This document shows positions 1-11,494 of a stretch of DNA of 64,000 nucleotides, piece by piece. Source of the stretch: Octopus sinensis (lineage: Eukaryota); NCBI RefSeq assembly GCF_006345805.1, contig NC_043000.1:101990001-102054000 (forward strand), in the 5' to 3' direction. How positions within the stretch are numbered: the first letter of the stretch is position 1; each line of letters starts with the position of its first letter. The translations under genes and the position numbers were made by a program. The notes under the pieces are model-generated. The model was not told the DNA's origin. It did not search any database and saw only the letters and a list, made by a program, of their open reading frames with translations.

Positions 1-1389
1 ATTGAATATGTGTGGTCGATAATGTTTACAAAGCTAGCGCTACCTCTAATTTATAATTGAATTTCATTATATCCCAGCATCGTCGTGGCATACCAGTAAA
101 TGGATTTTACACTATTTGTATATAGTTATAGACTGGCGGTTAACTTTGCCTTTCATCCTTCCGGGATTGGTAAAATAAAGTATTAGTCAAGAAATGTGTT
201 GATATAATCGGTTAATCCCTTCTAGTCAAATTTTAGGCCTTTTTACCTATGAAAACTTTGGTCCAATAATAAAACGATAGCGCCAGACTGAATGTCTTGC
301 GGGACCTTACGTTTTGAGTTCAAATAACTTTGCTTTCATCCTTCCAAGTCATCGAATGCTTGTGTCGGTTTAATCTCCAAACTTTATGGTCTTGAGTCAG
401 TATTGATTTCTAACACTGGCCCGAGGCCACTCATTTTAGGGAGTGGGGATATAGTTAATGAAATTAATCCTAGTGTTTAAGTGGTACTTAACTTTATTGG
501 CTCTTGAAGGAGGAAAAGAAAATTTGACCACGGTGAGAATTAAATGCAGAACGTAAAAGGTAACTGAATGTCACATATTTTGCTTGACGCTTTTACAATT
601 CTGTCAATATACCCTTCTTACTGTAAAGGGTACAACCTCGGACTGAATACCTAACAGAGTTTGACTGTGCTTATCTACATCGTGAGTTCAGTTCTCACCA
701 ATGTCAACTGCCATTAACTGATTTCTAACTTAATTTGATGGTAGTGAAGAAAAGAAAGGAAAACAGCTACTATATCTTTGTTATCTTTGCTCAATTTAGT
801 ACATACTCTACCCTAGGTGCGGTGGGTAATATGATTTTAGACTGTCTGGAAAAAAGATCGAATGTTCAAATTAAATATCTTTAATAACATGTCTGCTCAG
901 TCAGACCTGACCTGGGGATAAATAACACAAAGTTCATACAAGCAAATATAAACACATGTGTTTCAGTGACATACATCATAAATTCATTTTTGTAGTGAAA
1001 TATAGTAAAAACATCGATTTATAAACAATTAGTGTCATTATTGAACCGAAATATATGACGTTGTTATTGTTTTTAATCTTGTCAACTACAACCAAAGGCA
1101 TTCCAATCTCGACTTTCTCGTGCTTTCGGTGGGTAATCAGGACTACATTATCTAATGTGATAATCCTATTTTCAAGACAATAAGTTAAGATTTTGCGTGA
1201 ATTCTAGTTGTTATTTATCCCAGTCCAAGTGACCACATAGGAGGTTTGCTGGGTTCATAGACATGAAGTAATACAAGAGGGTTTACTTTTGTGAGTGTTT
1301 CTTATTCACTTAATCGAAAATACCTGCAGTCAAAACCGTTTCAACACGTTTGTTGATTGAATGTGTGGTTTGGAATAGTATCAACTGTT

Positions 1390-2620
1390 TGATCAGAAAT
1401 TAAAGACAAGATGCAGAGCTGAGAAACAGGTCTGGTTTGAGTTTAAAGGTGAAGCGGAGAAGAAAATTTCACTAAAAGGAAACAGTGATACCATACAAAA
1501 TTGTTGGAGAAGCGGTCAGTTCAAGAGACGCACTAGGTGAGTCTGTAAATGCCAATAATGTGAAGTAGCCTTGACAGCTAAAGAATTGAATACCTATTGA
1601 GTGAAACACCTCTGGGAGATACAAATTCAATTTTATCCAACTGTAGTGTTCAACTTCGCTGATAAGCAACATCAACAACAATCGGTTATAGAAACGAGAA
1701 ACGTTAGAAAGGATCGACCAAAACTGGAAGACAACAGAGACATTACTCTACATCAGATACCAGATGAGGTGCTGTAGCACGAAAGTGAAAGTATTAAAAT
1801 ATCATTGACCAAACTGATGAACAGCAGCCGTTAATTACAGCATGTCCCAGAAGAGTAGCGGTAAGGTGTGAAAATAAATTATCAAAGAAAGGAAATACAA
1901 ACGATTATGAGAACTGTTGCAGAATTATAACGTTTTCAGTCTCTGATGAGGTCGTTTTCATTTCATTGATACACCACTACGAGAAGAATAAGCAAGTTCC
2001 GACAAGTGTGTCATGTTTATAACTCTTCGCAATGTGGGATATCGTGGAACAGTGTCCGGGGTTCCAATGATCATTGTCAATAAATGTTATCGACTTCAAA
2101 AAGCATTCGATTGCATTTATAGATAGTTTCTACGGAGCGTCGCATCAATCTAATGGATCATGGATGCTACATCGAAATCTTTGGAAACATTCATCTTAAA
2201 ATGAATTGCTGCATGAAGTCAGAAAATGATAATACTACATACTTTGATTTCATCACTAAAGTTTCACTAGGATTGCATCCCGTAACCATTTCCTTTCAAA
2301 TTTACAGTGAATTTGATTATGAAGATTGACAATAGCAATGACTACGGCTTCCAATTGAATGATCAGAAATAGTTAACTAATCTAGACTTTACAAATGATA
2401 TTGAATTGTTGGTTGAATCTGGAGACAGTCTACAAGAGTGTACTCAAAATCTGGGAGAAGCAGCGAAGAAAGTCAGAATAAGAATCCACTCAGAGAAGAC
2501 AAACTCTATGAAGAACCGCAAAAGACCAGGGAATATTACTTTGAAGGTAGAAGAACAAGCTCTTGGAAACGTCAACTGATTCGGGTATATTGGCAGTATT
2601 TCAGCGAGTAATGGCAAAAT
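1390..2620 (+). mobile_element. Decayed RTE-clade non-LTR retrotransposon, linker plus RT domain
   Basis: Frame from ~2373 reads LTNLDFTNDIELLVESGDSLQECTQNLGEAAKKVRIRIHSEKTNSM (degenerate FADD motif and RTE-type helix). IDFKKAFD-like motif near 2085-2110 and FGYIGSI near 2580-2600. Multiple stops and frameshifts. Confidence 0.75.
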
Positions 2621-2640
2621 ACTTGCATATAGTGCCATAT

Positions 2641-2876
2641 AGACACAAACTCACAGCGTTTTCATCCAAATGGTGTTGTTCTTCCACGAATGGAAAAGTC
2701 TTTCTATGGTCGTAGCTTTTTCCTCGAACAACCAGACTTTGGAATTCTCTTCCATTTCGTTTTCCTTCTCCTTATGACCTGAATTCTTTCAAGTCTAAAG
2801 TAAATTCATTCTTTTCGTCTTAATGTTTCCTTCTTCATAGTCTCTTACATTAAGTGGATTCATGCATTGCCTGGAA
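2641..2876 (+). mobile_element. 3' end of an L2/Crack/Daphne-like LINE inserted in the RTE remnant
   Basis: With one frameshift it translates as SQRFHPNGVVLPRMEKSFYGRSFF-PRTTRLWNSLPFRFPSPYDLNSFKSKVNSF. This is the typical RT C-terminus (SFFPRT.RLWNSLP) followed by a short 3' UTR. Confidence 0.6.
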
Positions 2877-2878
2877 CC

Positions 2879-3207
2879 TCTATAATAATAAACACGAAAT
2901 TCTGTCTGTCCGTCCGTCCGGGACCCCTGTATCGCAGTCTACATTATTTGCTTACATAGACATAATAGACCGTTTTGGAATCAGGATGATCCCGGAATTG
3001 AAAATCTGCTCTTCATTTGGTTCTTGAACATCCAGCATTGGGATCAGGCTTGGATAAGGATTTGTTATTTACTAATAGTTGAAAATTTTAGTTTTAAAAG
3101 AACTCCAAAAATTTGTGAACTTATAAATTTTTTATTTAAACTGAATTTAAAGTAATACCATATTAGTAGGTGTTATGACGTGCTTGTATACGTCGGGTGT
3201 AAAATAG
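2879..3207 (+). mobile_element. Probable non-autonomous Helitron-like element (degenerate)
   Basis: Starts TC-TATAATAATAAAC followed by (CTGT/CCGT)n. Ends in a degenerate hairpin GACG...CGTCGGG and ATAG|T (CTAG-like). Confidence 0.45.
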
Positions 3208-3599
3208 TACTACCCAAATAAATATTTGGGTGTGGTTATCTAAAATAAAATATTGCAGAATTATCATGTTCACACAGAACACATTCTGTACTACTCGATC
3301 GTAGGTACGATATTAAAAAAATACAAGTCACACTAACATAGTAATAAATATGGTCGACCAGTATTGTTAACAGCCTTGACAGTCCACAGAGTTCTTATCT
3401 ATTGAAATCCGTTAATCCACTTTCAGTCACTTAGGGATGTTCAGGATCTAGCGTACCAATAAATGCTTTAGTATTATTGCTCCCTTTAGTTTTGGGCTGC
3501 GGGTCCAGTTAGCCCTTCACAGGATCTAGCATAAAAGTCCGCATGGAGCACAGCGTTTAAGATAGTTCTTATATGAAAAAAAAAAAGGAAACTGCGAAA

Positions 3600-3970
3600 T
3601 CGCCAAAACCTCAGACGCCTCTCTCCAGATGTACTTTAGGGGAATCCTGAGAATGTTGTACTATGATTATAAAAGAAGAGGAAAAGTCTGAATAAGTGTA
3701 TCATTGTAAATAGTTCAAGATTTAGTAATGGAAGAAAGTATGCGATTGGCTTGACATGTACTACGGCAGCCAGATAATTGGCATGCAAAGCAAATTTCAA
3801 ATGGACACTAACAGAAGGAAGAAGATAGAAAAATCATGAGTTACGCGGTGCCGGGCTGTTCGGGAGAACTTGAAGGCTGTTAACAGTCACGGGAAGAAAA
3901 TTGACAAACAGGTAACTGATTGAGAATACTGGATGGAAAACGACTGCCTCATGCACAGACATGCGGGAGG
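3600..3970 (+). mobile_element. 3' end of RTE-clade LINE (likely continuation of 1390-2620)
   Basis: MRLA*HVLRQPDNWHAK matches the RTE RL.GHV.R motif. The terminal region is similar to the minus-strand copy at 54343-54655. Confidence 0.65.
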
Positions 3971-4110
3971 TTGTTTGTATTATCGACTTATTAAAAACTC
4001 GGAACTGGGTTCAAAACCCATCATCATCTTGCGAAGCATCTTTAAACAACTGAGATTTGATTATTTATATTCTGAATAGAAGTAGTGTGAACCAACTTTG
4101 ACAATCACAT

Positions 4111-4545
4111 AGGTGTAGGCATGTAACATAACCGCAAACACAGTTGTGTGATTGAGAAGGTCATTTTGTAACAACGTAGTTTCGGGTTCATTCCCACGGC
4201 GCGGCACCTTGCGCAAATGTATTTTACTATTGCTTCGGGCCGACCAATGATTTGGAATTAGATTTGGTCGTCAGAAGCTGAGTGTAAAGCCTTGATGTGT
4301 GCGTGCGTGTGACTGTGTACACGTGTATATTTGTGTTTGTCTCACACCCGCCGCTTGATAACTTGTGTTGGTTTAATTACGTCTATGTAACAACGGTTCG
4401 GAAAAATGAGACAGACAGAATAAGTACCAGACTTTAAATTAAGAACCGGGATCGATTTGTCTCTACTAAACATTTCAAAGCGGCTCCCCAGCATGGCTGC
4501 GGCCCAATGGATGAAACACGTTAAATATAGAAGATAAAAGATAAA
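4111..4545 (+). mobile_element. tRNA-head SINE (family 1), diverged
   Basis: B-box-like GGGTTCATTCCC, core GCACCTTG.GCAA.TG..TT.TACTAT.GC.TCGGGCCGACCAA, internal GT-rich tract and 3' part CCAGCATGGC.GC with an A-rich tail. Homologous to 8685-9053. Confidence 0.7.
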
Positions 4546-4999
4546 AGACTCCCAAGTTATCAAGTACCATACATCACTGTATGGAACAGTAGTATTCTCT
4601 CTCGTGTTGTATTCCTGATATTCTGGCCGAACCTAAGACGCAAGAGAAAAACCTAAAACTTTTCAAATACCATCAGCAACGTCATTTCTTTGATATACAC
4701 AGCACCCGACATCCACTTTAATACTTATTTTAGGTGAACGGGTAAGTGCTTTTGAATGCATTGTTTTTAGCGACTAACGTTGAGCTTTGTCTCTGAGAAA
4801 CTTCTCTGTTACGAGCAGATATATTAGTTTTGATAAGAAGTGGCGGTGCTGGTTGTGGTAATAGTGGCGGCGGTGGCGGTGGCGGCGGTGGCGGTGGTAA
4901 TAGTGGTGGGGTGATTGGTGGGTAGCTTTTGTGCATTACCAGATCGTATGATATATGTTGAAGATTCGTGTTATTTGTAATTGCAAATATTCATCTTTG

Positions 5000-5103
5000 T
5001 CTTTGCTCGCTCTCATGTGTGTGTGTGTATGTGTGTAGGTGTGTGTATGCTCTCTCATATATGTGTATGTCTACGCGATTGTATGCGTGTGTGTCTGTGC
5101 TTC

Positions 5104-5143
<40 letters not shown>

Positions 5144-5362
5144 TGTGTATGTGTTTGTAACTCACTCATGGCTCGGTAATAACCACCTTTTGGGTTTTAC
5201 TTCATCGATCTTTTTACCTAATGTAAAATGTGTGGCCTTCTCTCACAAATTGCGATATTCTTGATAGTAGTGTACGAGAGAATATATACATACATACATA
5301 CATACATACATACATACATACACACATACATATATATATATACATATACATATATATATATT

Positions 5363-5395
<33 letters not shown>

Positions 5396-5481
5396 ATGTA
5401 TAATGTATATATATATATATACATATATATATATAGGTACACATATATACACATACACACACATATATGTATATGTGCATG

Positions 5482-5530
<49 letters not shown>
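5000..5530. repeat. Compound (GT)n/(TACA)n/(TA)n microsatellite
   Basis: Read directly from sequence. Confidence 0.95.
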
Positions 5531-5825
5531 TCACGTTCATAACATAATAGACACACGCTCACACACACATACACACAGTGCATTATCTAATGTATGTATC
5601 TCGGTATATAACCTACAGAACGAACTGCGATAAGTCTTTCTCTACAAATCACCAACAAATAATTCGATAAATTTGTTTTGTGTAAACACCGCCCTCTCCT
5701 CACCTCTTCATTTTTTTTTTGTTACTTAACATCTTGGCGAGTTCATGTATTACATTTTATTGTTAGTATGTTTTTATTAGTAGCCACGTTCGTGTATGTG
5801 TGTATGACTGTGTATGTGTGCGTGT

Positions 5826-5905
<80 letters not shown>

Positions 5906-6039
5906 ACGGCTAGAATCTTACTCCGAAGTTATTACGAAATGAATTTTATCGCGATAGAAACGAATCGGTTAGATGTTTTTATCTAAAATACAAATATATT
6001 ATCTTTTTCCTTTAAAAGAAAAATGCGCTAGTAATAGCA

Positions 6040-6069
6040 TTAGTAATAATAATAACAATAATAATAATG

Positions 6070-6125
<56 letters not shown>

Positions 6126-6150
6126 GTGATGATGATGATGATGATGATGA
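6040..6150. repeat. (AAT)n then (GAT)n microsatellite
   Basis: Read directly. The (GAT)n part abuts the 3' end of the Tx1-like LINE. Confidence 0.95.
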
Positions 6151-7487
6151 TTTGATTTATTTGCCATAAGGGCGAAGAATGAGGGGGACAGTACAGAGGC
6201 AGACATAATGCGTGGGTGTTTACATATAATGAAATGATAAAAAAAAGTAAGTATACACGGTATACACTGAAAAGGAGAGACATATTGCATAGCAAACAAA
6301 GATTTAAAAAAATGGTAGGAGGATGATAGAGATGTGGCCCTCCTGATACAGGAGGTACCAAGGGATAATCGAGGAACCCCACTGTTCGAGATTTTCCTGT
6401 AACTCAAGGAGCAAGTGCCCTCTCCAATTCCTTCTCTCCGACTCATAAATCGACACTTAGAGAGGTACCATACACTATTGTCCTTTTCGCAAATTTCACC
6501 CACCTTTCAATAAACTCACTCGAGGACATTACTTCCCTCTCCACTCCCGATTTCCTTTTCAAGTTAAACTTGAAAAAGTCAATGAGAACTCTACCAAAGA
6601 GGAATATATCTGTCCTCTTGCCTTTCAGCCTTGTCCACCAAACAACCTCTTTCGCCACAGCCACGAAGCAAAGGAAAACCGCCTTGCCTGCCCGATTAAG
6701 GGAAGTTATCACAGACTCGGCCGACAGACGGATCCGTCCCACACTTGACAGCAGCTATTCAACATAACCCCACAAGTCAGCAATACCCGGAAACTGAACG
6801 AAGGCGTGAATAACGGTTTCGTCACTCTGCGTGCACCTCGAACAAGTCCGTCTGACAGCACATCCGTGCCTGTAGAGTTAATCTCGAACCGGTAGCGCCC
6901 CCCACCCCGGTAGCACTGCCAGGCCAAGGACATCTGGAAATTATCAATGACAGTTCCTGACCGGAAAGTCCTCCGGAACAGACTAGCCAGTTTGTTCTCG
7001 TTGGAACCCAGAGTTTTCCCGAGAACATCATCGCACTTCCCCGCCACTAATCCTCTATAAATTTCTAAAGCAGAACATCCACCGATCCTATTGCTCGACT
7101 GGTAGAGGGTTGTGAGCGTCTGACGATATTCTAGGTGCCAGGCGCCCAGTCTCGGTAATTTCTTCACTCAGAACTGCAGCTCCATCATGAAGATGAACTG
7201 TGGAAAGACGATCCTCACAAACGGTGCTCATACACACTCGCCATCCAGAAATCGTTGCAAGTGGCGCAACCTAAGAGCGTGTCTGCGCATTAGGAGCCAC
7301 GGCATACCTAATCCGCTACTTAGAGGATGTTGGCAAGAGACTGACCGCCTGACCATTGGAAAATTTTAATTAGAGACGCTTCAACCTGGTCATGCAGTAA
7401 CTGGGACAAGGCGCGATGGTCAGATGATAAACGATAACAGAGGCGATGTAAGCATTCATCACCTCTGCCCGACTTTTCAGGGACAAT

Positions 7488-7488
<1 letters not shown>
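6128..7488 (-). mobile_element. 5'-truncated L1/Tx1-clade LINE (copy 1): post-RT region, zinc-knuckle region, 3' UTR, (ATC)n tail
   Basis: Minus-strand LSLKSRAEVMNAYIASVI, DNFQMSLAWQCYR and GRIRLSAESVI..AVAKEVVWWTRLKG align with the longer copy at 27437-29763. Frameshifted. AATAAA precedes the tail. Confidence 0.85.

Positions 7489-7562
<74 letters not shown>
7488..7562. repeat. (AAT)n microsatellite at the 5' junction of Tx1 copy 1
   Basis: Read directly. Confidence 0.95.
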
Positions 7563-7879
7563 TTCTTTGTATTAACGCAATGGCCGACATTTGCGCACAG
7601 AAAACAGCTGATAAAAATTGACCCAAGTCTTATATTAACGACTCAGTGTAGATGGAAGCCGAAGTTTAGTGAGTGGAGGTGAACTTAGAATATCACTGGA
7701 TGTCCCTAAATACTACAAAGCATTTTGCTTGTTGCTCAACGGATTAGACACGTCGCAGCCCTTGAATTAATAATGATGATGATGGTGGTGCATGTGGTGG
7801 TGGTAATGGGGAAAAATCTATTTTATCATACTGGCAAAACGATGACGTCACATGTTCTAATTCAGTTTCAGTCGTTATT

Positions 7880-7926
<47 letters not shown>

Positions 7927-8021
7927 TATATATATACAATATATTTATATGTACAGAGACAGACAGACAGACAGACACAGAGATACACAGACAGACAGAT
8001 AAAGAGACAGACAGACATAAG

Positions 8022-8143
8022 AGGTGCTCCTTTCAGTCCCTGTCTACCAAATCCACTCACAAGGGTCCGATGCTATAGTAGAAAACATTTGTCCAAGGTG
8101 CCACACAGTGGGACTGAATGCAGAATCATGTGGTTTGGAAGCA
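8022..8143 (-). mobile_element. SINE family 1, head fragment
   Basis: TTTCAGT..CTGTCTACCAAATCCACTCACAAGG..CAAGGTGCCAC.CAGTGGGACTGAA shared with the other copies. Confidence 0.75.
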
Positions 8144-8158
8144 ATATATATATATATA

Positions 8159-8453
8159 CTAGCAGTATCGCCCGGCGTTGCTCGGGTTTGTAAGGGAAAT
8201 AACTATATAAGCATTTTTAGAGAGTTATAGCCAAAAATAGCAAAAAAATGCATTAAAAATGGAAAAAAAATGATGGTAAATTTTTCTAAAATCTTTGACT
8301 CATCGTAGACGCGCGCTAATACCCAGAAGGGCTCGATATGAATCACGACTATAAGATACCCGGTTTTGGTTAAACTGCACCGCAAAATGTGGGAGTAGTT
8401 AGGAATCTAAATCGTAGGAGACAGACACACAACTTCACTTTTATATATAAAGA
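8159..8453 (-). mobile_element. Non-autonomous Helitron, 295 bp, intact termini
   Basis: Minus strand begins A|TCTTTATATATAAAAGTG. It ends with the GC-rich hairpin CCCGAGCAACGCCGGG a few nt before CTAG|T. Inserted between A and T with no TSD, which are the Helitron hallmarks. Confidence 0.85.
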
Positions 8454-8684
8454 TATATATATAAATTATACTATTTTATATAGAGATTGTTAACATTAAC
8501 AAACTCAGAAACAGGCTAGAATCGAAGTGCTCAAATTGAGCTATCTTCCAATTTATAATTTGAATGGAGGCAATACGAACGGAAAACTAGAGGAACATGA
8601 CCTACTATCCAGCAGACTATTCAGTATATATGTGTACTTTCTTCGACATTAATAAAGATACTAGGTTATGCTAATGAGTTGATA

Positions 8685-9053
8685 TTCTTTACTCTTTTCT
8701 CTTTTACTTGTTTCAGTCATTTGATTGTGGCCGTGCTGGAGCACCGCCTTTAGTCGAGCAAATCAACCCCAGGACTTATTCCATCGGTTTCTTTTGCCGA
8801 ACCGCTAAGTTACGGGGACGTAAACACACCAGCATGTTGGGAGGACAAACACAGACACACAAACACACACATATATATATACATATATACGACGGGCTTC
8901 TTTCAGTTTCCGTCTACCAAATCCACTCACAAGGCTTTGGTCGGCCCGAGGCTATAGTAGAAGACAGTTTGCCAAGGTGCCACGCAGTGGGATTGAATCC
9001 GGAACCATGTGGTTGGTAAGCAAGTTACTTACCACACAGCCGCTCCTGCGCCT
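8685..9053 (-). mobile_element. Full-length tRNA-head SINE (family 1)
   Basis: Minus strand: GGCGCAGGAGCGGCTGTGTGGTAAG (A box), GGATTCAATCCC (B box), core, internal (TA/TG)n, and 3' (AAAAGAGT)-type tail. Highly similar to 38850-39250 and 58735-59143. Confidence 0.9.
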
Positions 9054-9178
9054 ATATTCATAACTGTTATATAAAGGAGATCAGTGTAATGTCAAAAAGA
9101 TTTTTTCGAATTGGCTAGAATGTAATGATGTAAGTTGTCCTTTTCTATGTTGTTTTCACTGTCTTTGGTGTTGTGGAG

Positions 9179-9265
9179 CATCCTGATGAGGGGAGTGTCT
9201 GTTTCCTTTAAAGTATGAAATTTATGTCATATTATCTGATACGTCTCCGAAACGGCCCGTCGATG
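9179..9265 (+). ncRNA. Type I hammerhead ribozyme (predicted cleavage after GUC at 9261)
   Basis: Stem I CATC(9179-82)/GATG(9262-65); core CTGATGA (9183-89). Stem II GGGGA/TCTCC plus GTGTC/GATAC; GAAA (9249-52). Stem III ACGG/CCGT with a 1-nt loop; GTC triplet (9259-61). Confidence 0.8.
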
Positions 9266-9860
9266 AAACTTTTGGATCCATTGAACATTATCTTCGTATT
9301 TTAGTATATCTTTTTAATGTTTTATAATTTCAAACTTGCCACTGGCCTTCGTGTTGTAACTTGTATTTTTTTGTATTCCTTTGTATCATATCGTGTGAAT
9401 TAATAATTCACTATGTTTTATATAATATCTATGTTTTCTATTTTTAAAATGCCTACGTATTTATAAATATTTTTTAATATTTTTAAATACCTACATGTTT
9501 TTAAATATTTCATATGCTTCTGTTGTAACTTGTCAATTTTTATTCCTTTGTATCATATCGTGTGAATTTATAATTCACTATGTCTTATATCATATCGAAG
9601 TTTTTTTATATCTATTTATCTATCTACTTATGTGTTTATATATTTTTAAAATGCCTACGTGTTTTTAAATATGTGCGTGTTTTTAAATATTTATATGTTT
9701 ATATTCTTGTATGTTTTTACTACCACTATTGTTTCGAACTATATATTGCTTTATTAATGTCGAAGAAAGTACACATATATACTGAATATTCTGCAGGATA
9801 ATAGGTCATGTTCCCCTAGTTTTCTGTTCGTATTGCCTCCATTCAAATTATACTCATATA

Positions 9861-11407
9861 CAGTTGTGGCCAAAATGTTCAGAACGGCATTGTTTTCACC
9901 AGAAAAGTAAGTATAAGTTTTTATCAAAGTTGTTTTATATTCTATAATTTTCACAGACAATAAATACAATATTAATTGTTATTGTCTGAGATTTTGGTGT
10001 ACTTTGAGAGGATAATACAAAATATATGGATGAATTAGTGATTTACTGCAAAACCCATGGCGGCCAAAATGATCAGAACGGTTGCTTTTACTCCATGTTT
10101 TAGTATATTTAACCGGCGAACTCTAATGTTTTGAATTTGTTTACGTGACGGTTCATTTACTAAACATTAGTAAGAATATCTGCAGTGTAATTTGTTAATA
10201 TAATGCCACTTACTCTGTTATCAATTCGTCAGCAGATTATTAAGCTTCCAAAGAAGGATAATTTAAGTATTGGGTCTATTGCAAAGATTGTTAACAAGTC
10301 AAAAAGTGTTGTTCACGGTATTCTTAAGGTCTTCGATGATTGTGGTTCGTGTGAAGAACGTGCTATGGTAAAGTTGGTTAAAAAGGACAGATTTAAAACT
10401 GCTGCTGCTGTTTCTCGGGAAATGAGCATTGTACTGAAGAAAACGTTATCTCGAAAAACTTGTCTCATTGTTTAGTTGAACATAACCTACAAGCAAGATC
10501 ACCAGCAGTGAAGCCACTGATCAGCTCCAAAAATAAGAAGTGTCGTTTTACCTTTGCAACCGAACATGTGTTGTGGTCTCAAGAAAAATGGCAAACGGTG
10601 CATTTCAGTGATGAATCTAAGTTTATGTTATTTGGCTCAGATGGGAAAAGGTAGGTGAAAAATTGTCGCCTAAATATCTTAAGACTAGTGTTAAATTCGG
10701 TAGAGGAAGTGTCATGATTTGGGGGATGATATCTGGAGATGGTGTGGGCCCTTTGGTGTGATTACATGGAAAGGTAAATGCAGGAGTTTATAAACAACTT
10801 GTAAAAGATCATGTCTTGCCTGTGCTGAGAAATTCAACTAAGCGACCACCCATATTCATGCAGGACAATGCCCCATGTCACAAGGCTAAGGTGGTCATGA
10901 ACTTCATCAAGGCTGAAAAGGTTATTATTATGGATTGGCCGGCTCAAAGCCCAGATCTCAATCCTATTGAAAATGTGTGGAATATTCTAGGAGAACGTTC
11001 GAAAGCCAGAAATCCTAAAACAACCTTCAGGAAGAATGGAATAAGATCACCTAGCAAGAAATTGAAAATTTAATTTCCTCATGCAGTCGAAGATGTCAAA
11101 GTGTGATTGAAGCTAAAGGGCTTCACACTAAATATTAGATAATTCCAGTATTCTCTGTCATTTTTGATTATTTTGTTATTTTTTCAACCGTTCTGCTCAT
11201 TTTGGCCGCCATGGGTTTTGCAGTAAATCACTAAATCATCCATAACTTTTGTATTATCCTCTCAAATTACACCAAACCTCAGACAATAACAATTAATATC
11301 GTATTTATTGTCTGTGAAAATTATAGAATATAAAATAACTTTGATAAAAACTTATACTTACTTTTCTGGCGAAAACAATGCCGTTCTGAACATTTTGGCC
11401 GCAACTG
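9861..11407 (+). mobile_element. Full-length Tc1-family DNA transposon (1547 bp), IR/DR-type TIRs, TA target duplication
   Basis: TA|CAGTTGTGGCC...GGCCGCAACTG|TA. TIRs at 9861-10084 and 11185-11407. GGCCAAAATG(T/A)TCAGAACGG is repeated at the outer and inner end of each TIR. Confidence 0.95.
10203..11138 (+). pseudogene. Tc1 transposase (DD34E), frameshifted and internally deleted
   Basis: N-terminal HTH region, VHFSDESKF, GSVMIWG and FMQDNAPCH...WPAQSPDLNPIENVW, with 34 residues between the second D and E. Split over several frames with stops. Confidence 0.93.
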
Positions 11408-11464
<57 letters not shown>

Positions 11465-11494
11465 GGTTTGGAGATGATGTACAGGTATTTTATA

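Larger units (their letters stand above)
8480..9858 (+). mobile_element. Penelope-like element remnant: putative GIY-YIG C-terminus, pseudo-LTR with hammerhead, inverted partial copy
   Basis: 8483-8655 reads ..NKLRNRLE/EVLKLSYLPIYNLNGG (weak GIY-YIG C-terminal resemblance). ~8555-8655 recurs inverted at ~9750-9855. Hammerhead at 9179-9265. Partial tandem repeat at 9350-9430 / 9520-9600. Confidence 0.55.

Noticed and set aside
4734-4741. Plus-strand 8-nt microexon-like signal TTTTAG|GTGAACGG|GTAAGT
   Set aside because: Strong donor but no supporting neighbouring exons. Such motifs arise by chance in 64 kb.
4730-4936. Proline-rich ORF (MHKSYPPITPPLLPPPP..)
   Set aside because: The poly-Pro comes from a (GGC/GGT)n triplet repeat like others in non-coding parts of the window. 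No convincing splice or homology support.
8990-9053. tRNA-like sequence with A and B boxes
   Set aside because: It is the head of a multi-copy SINE. No complete cloverleaf or acceptor stem.
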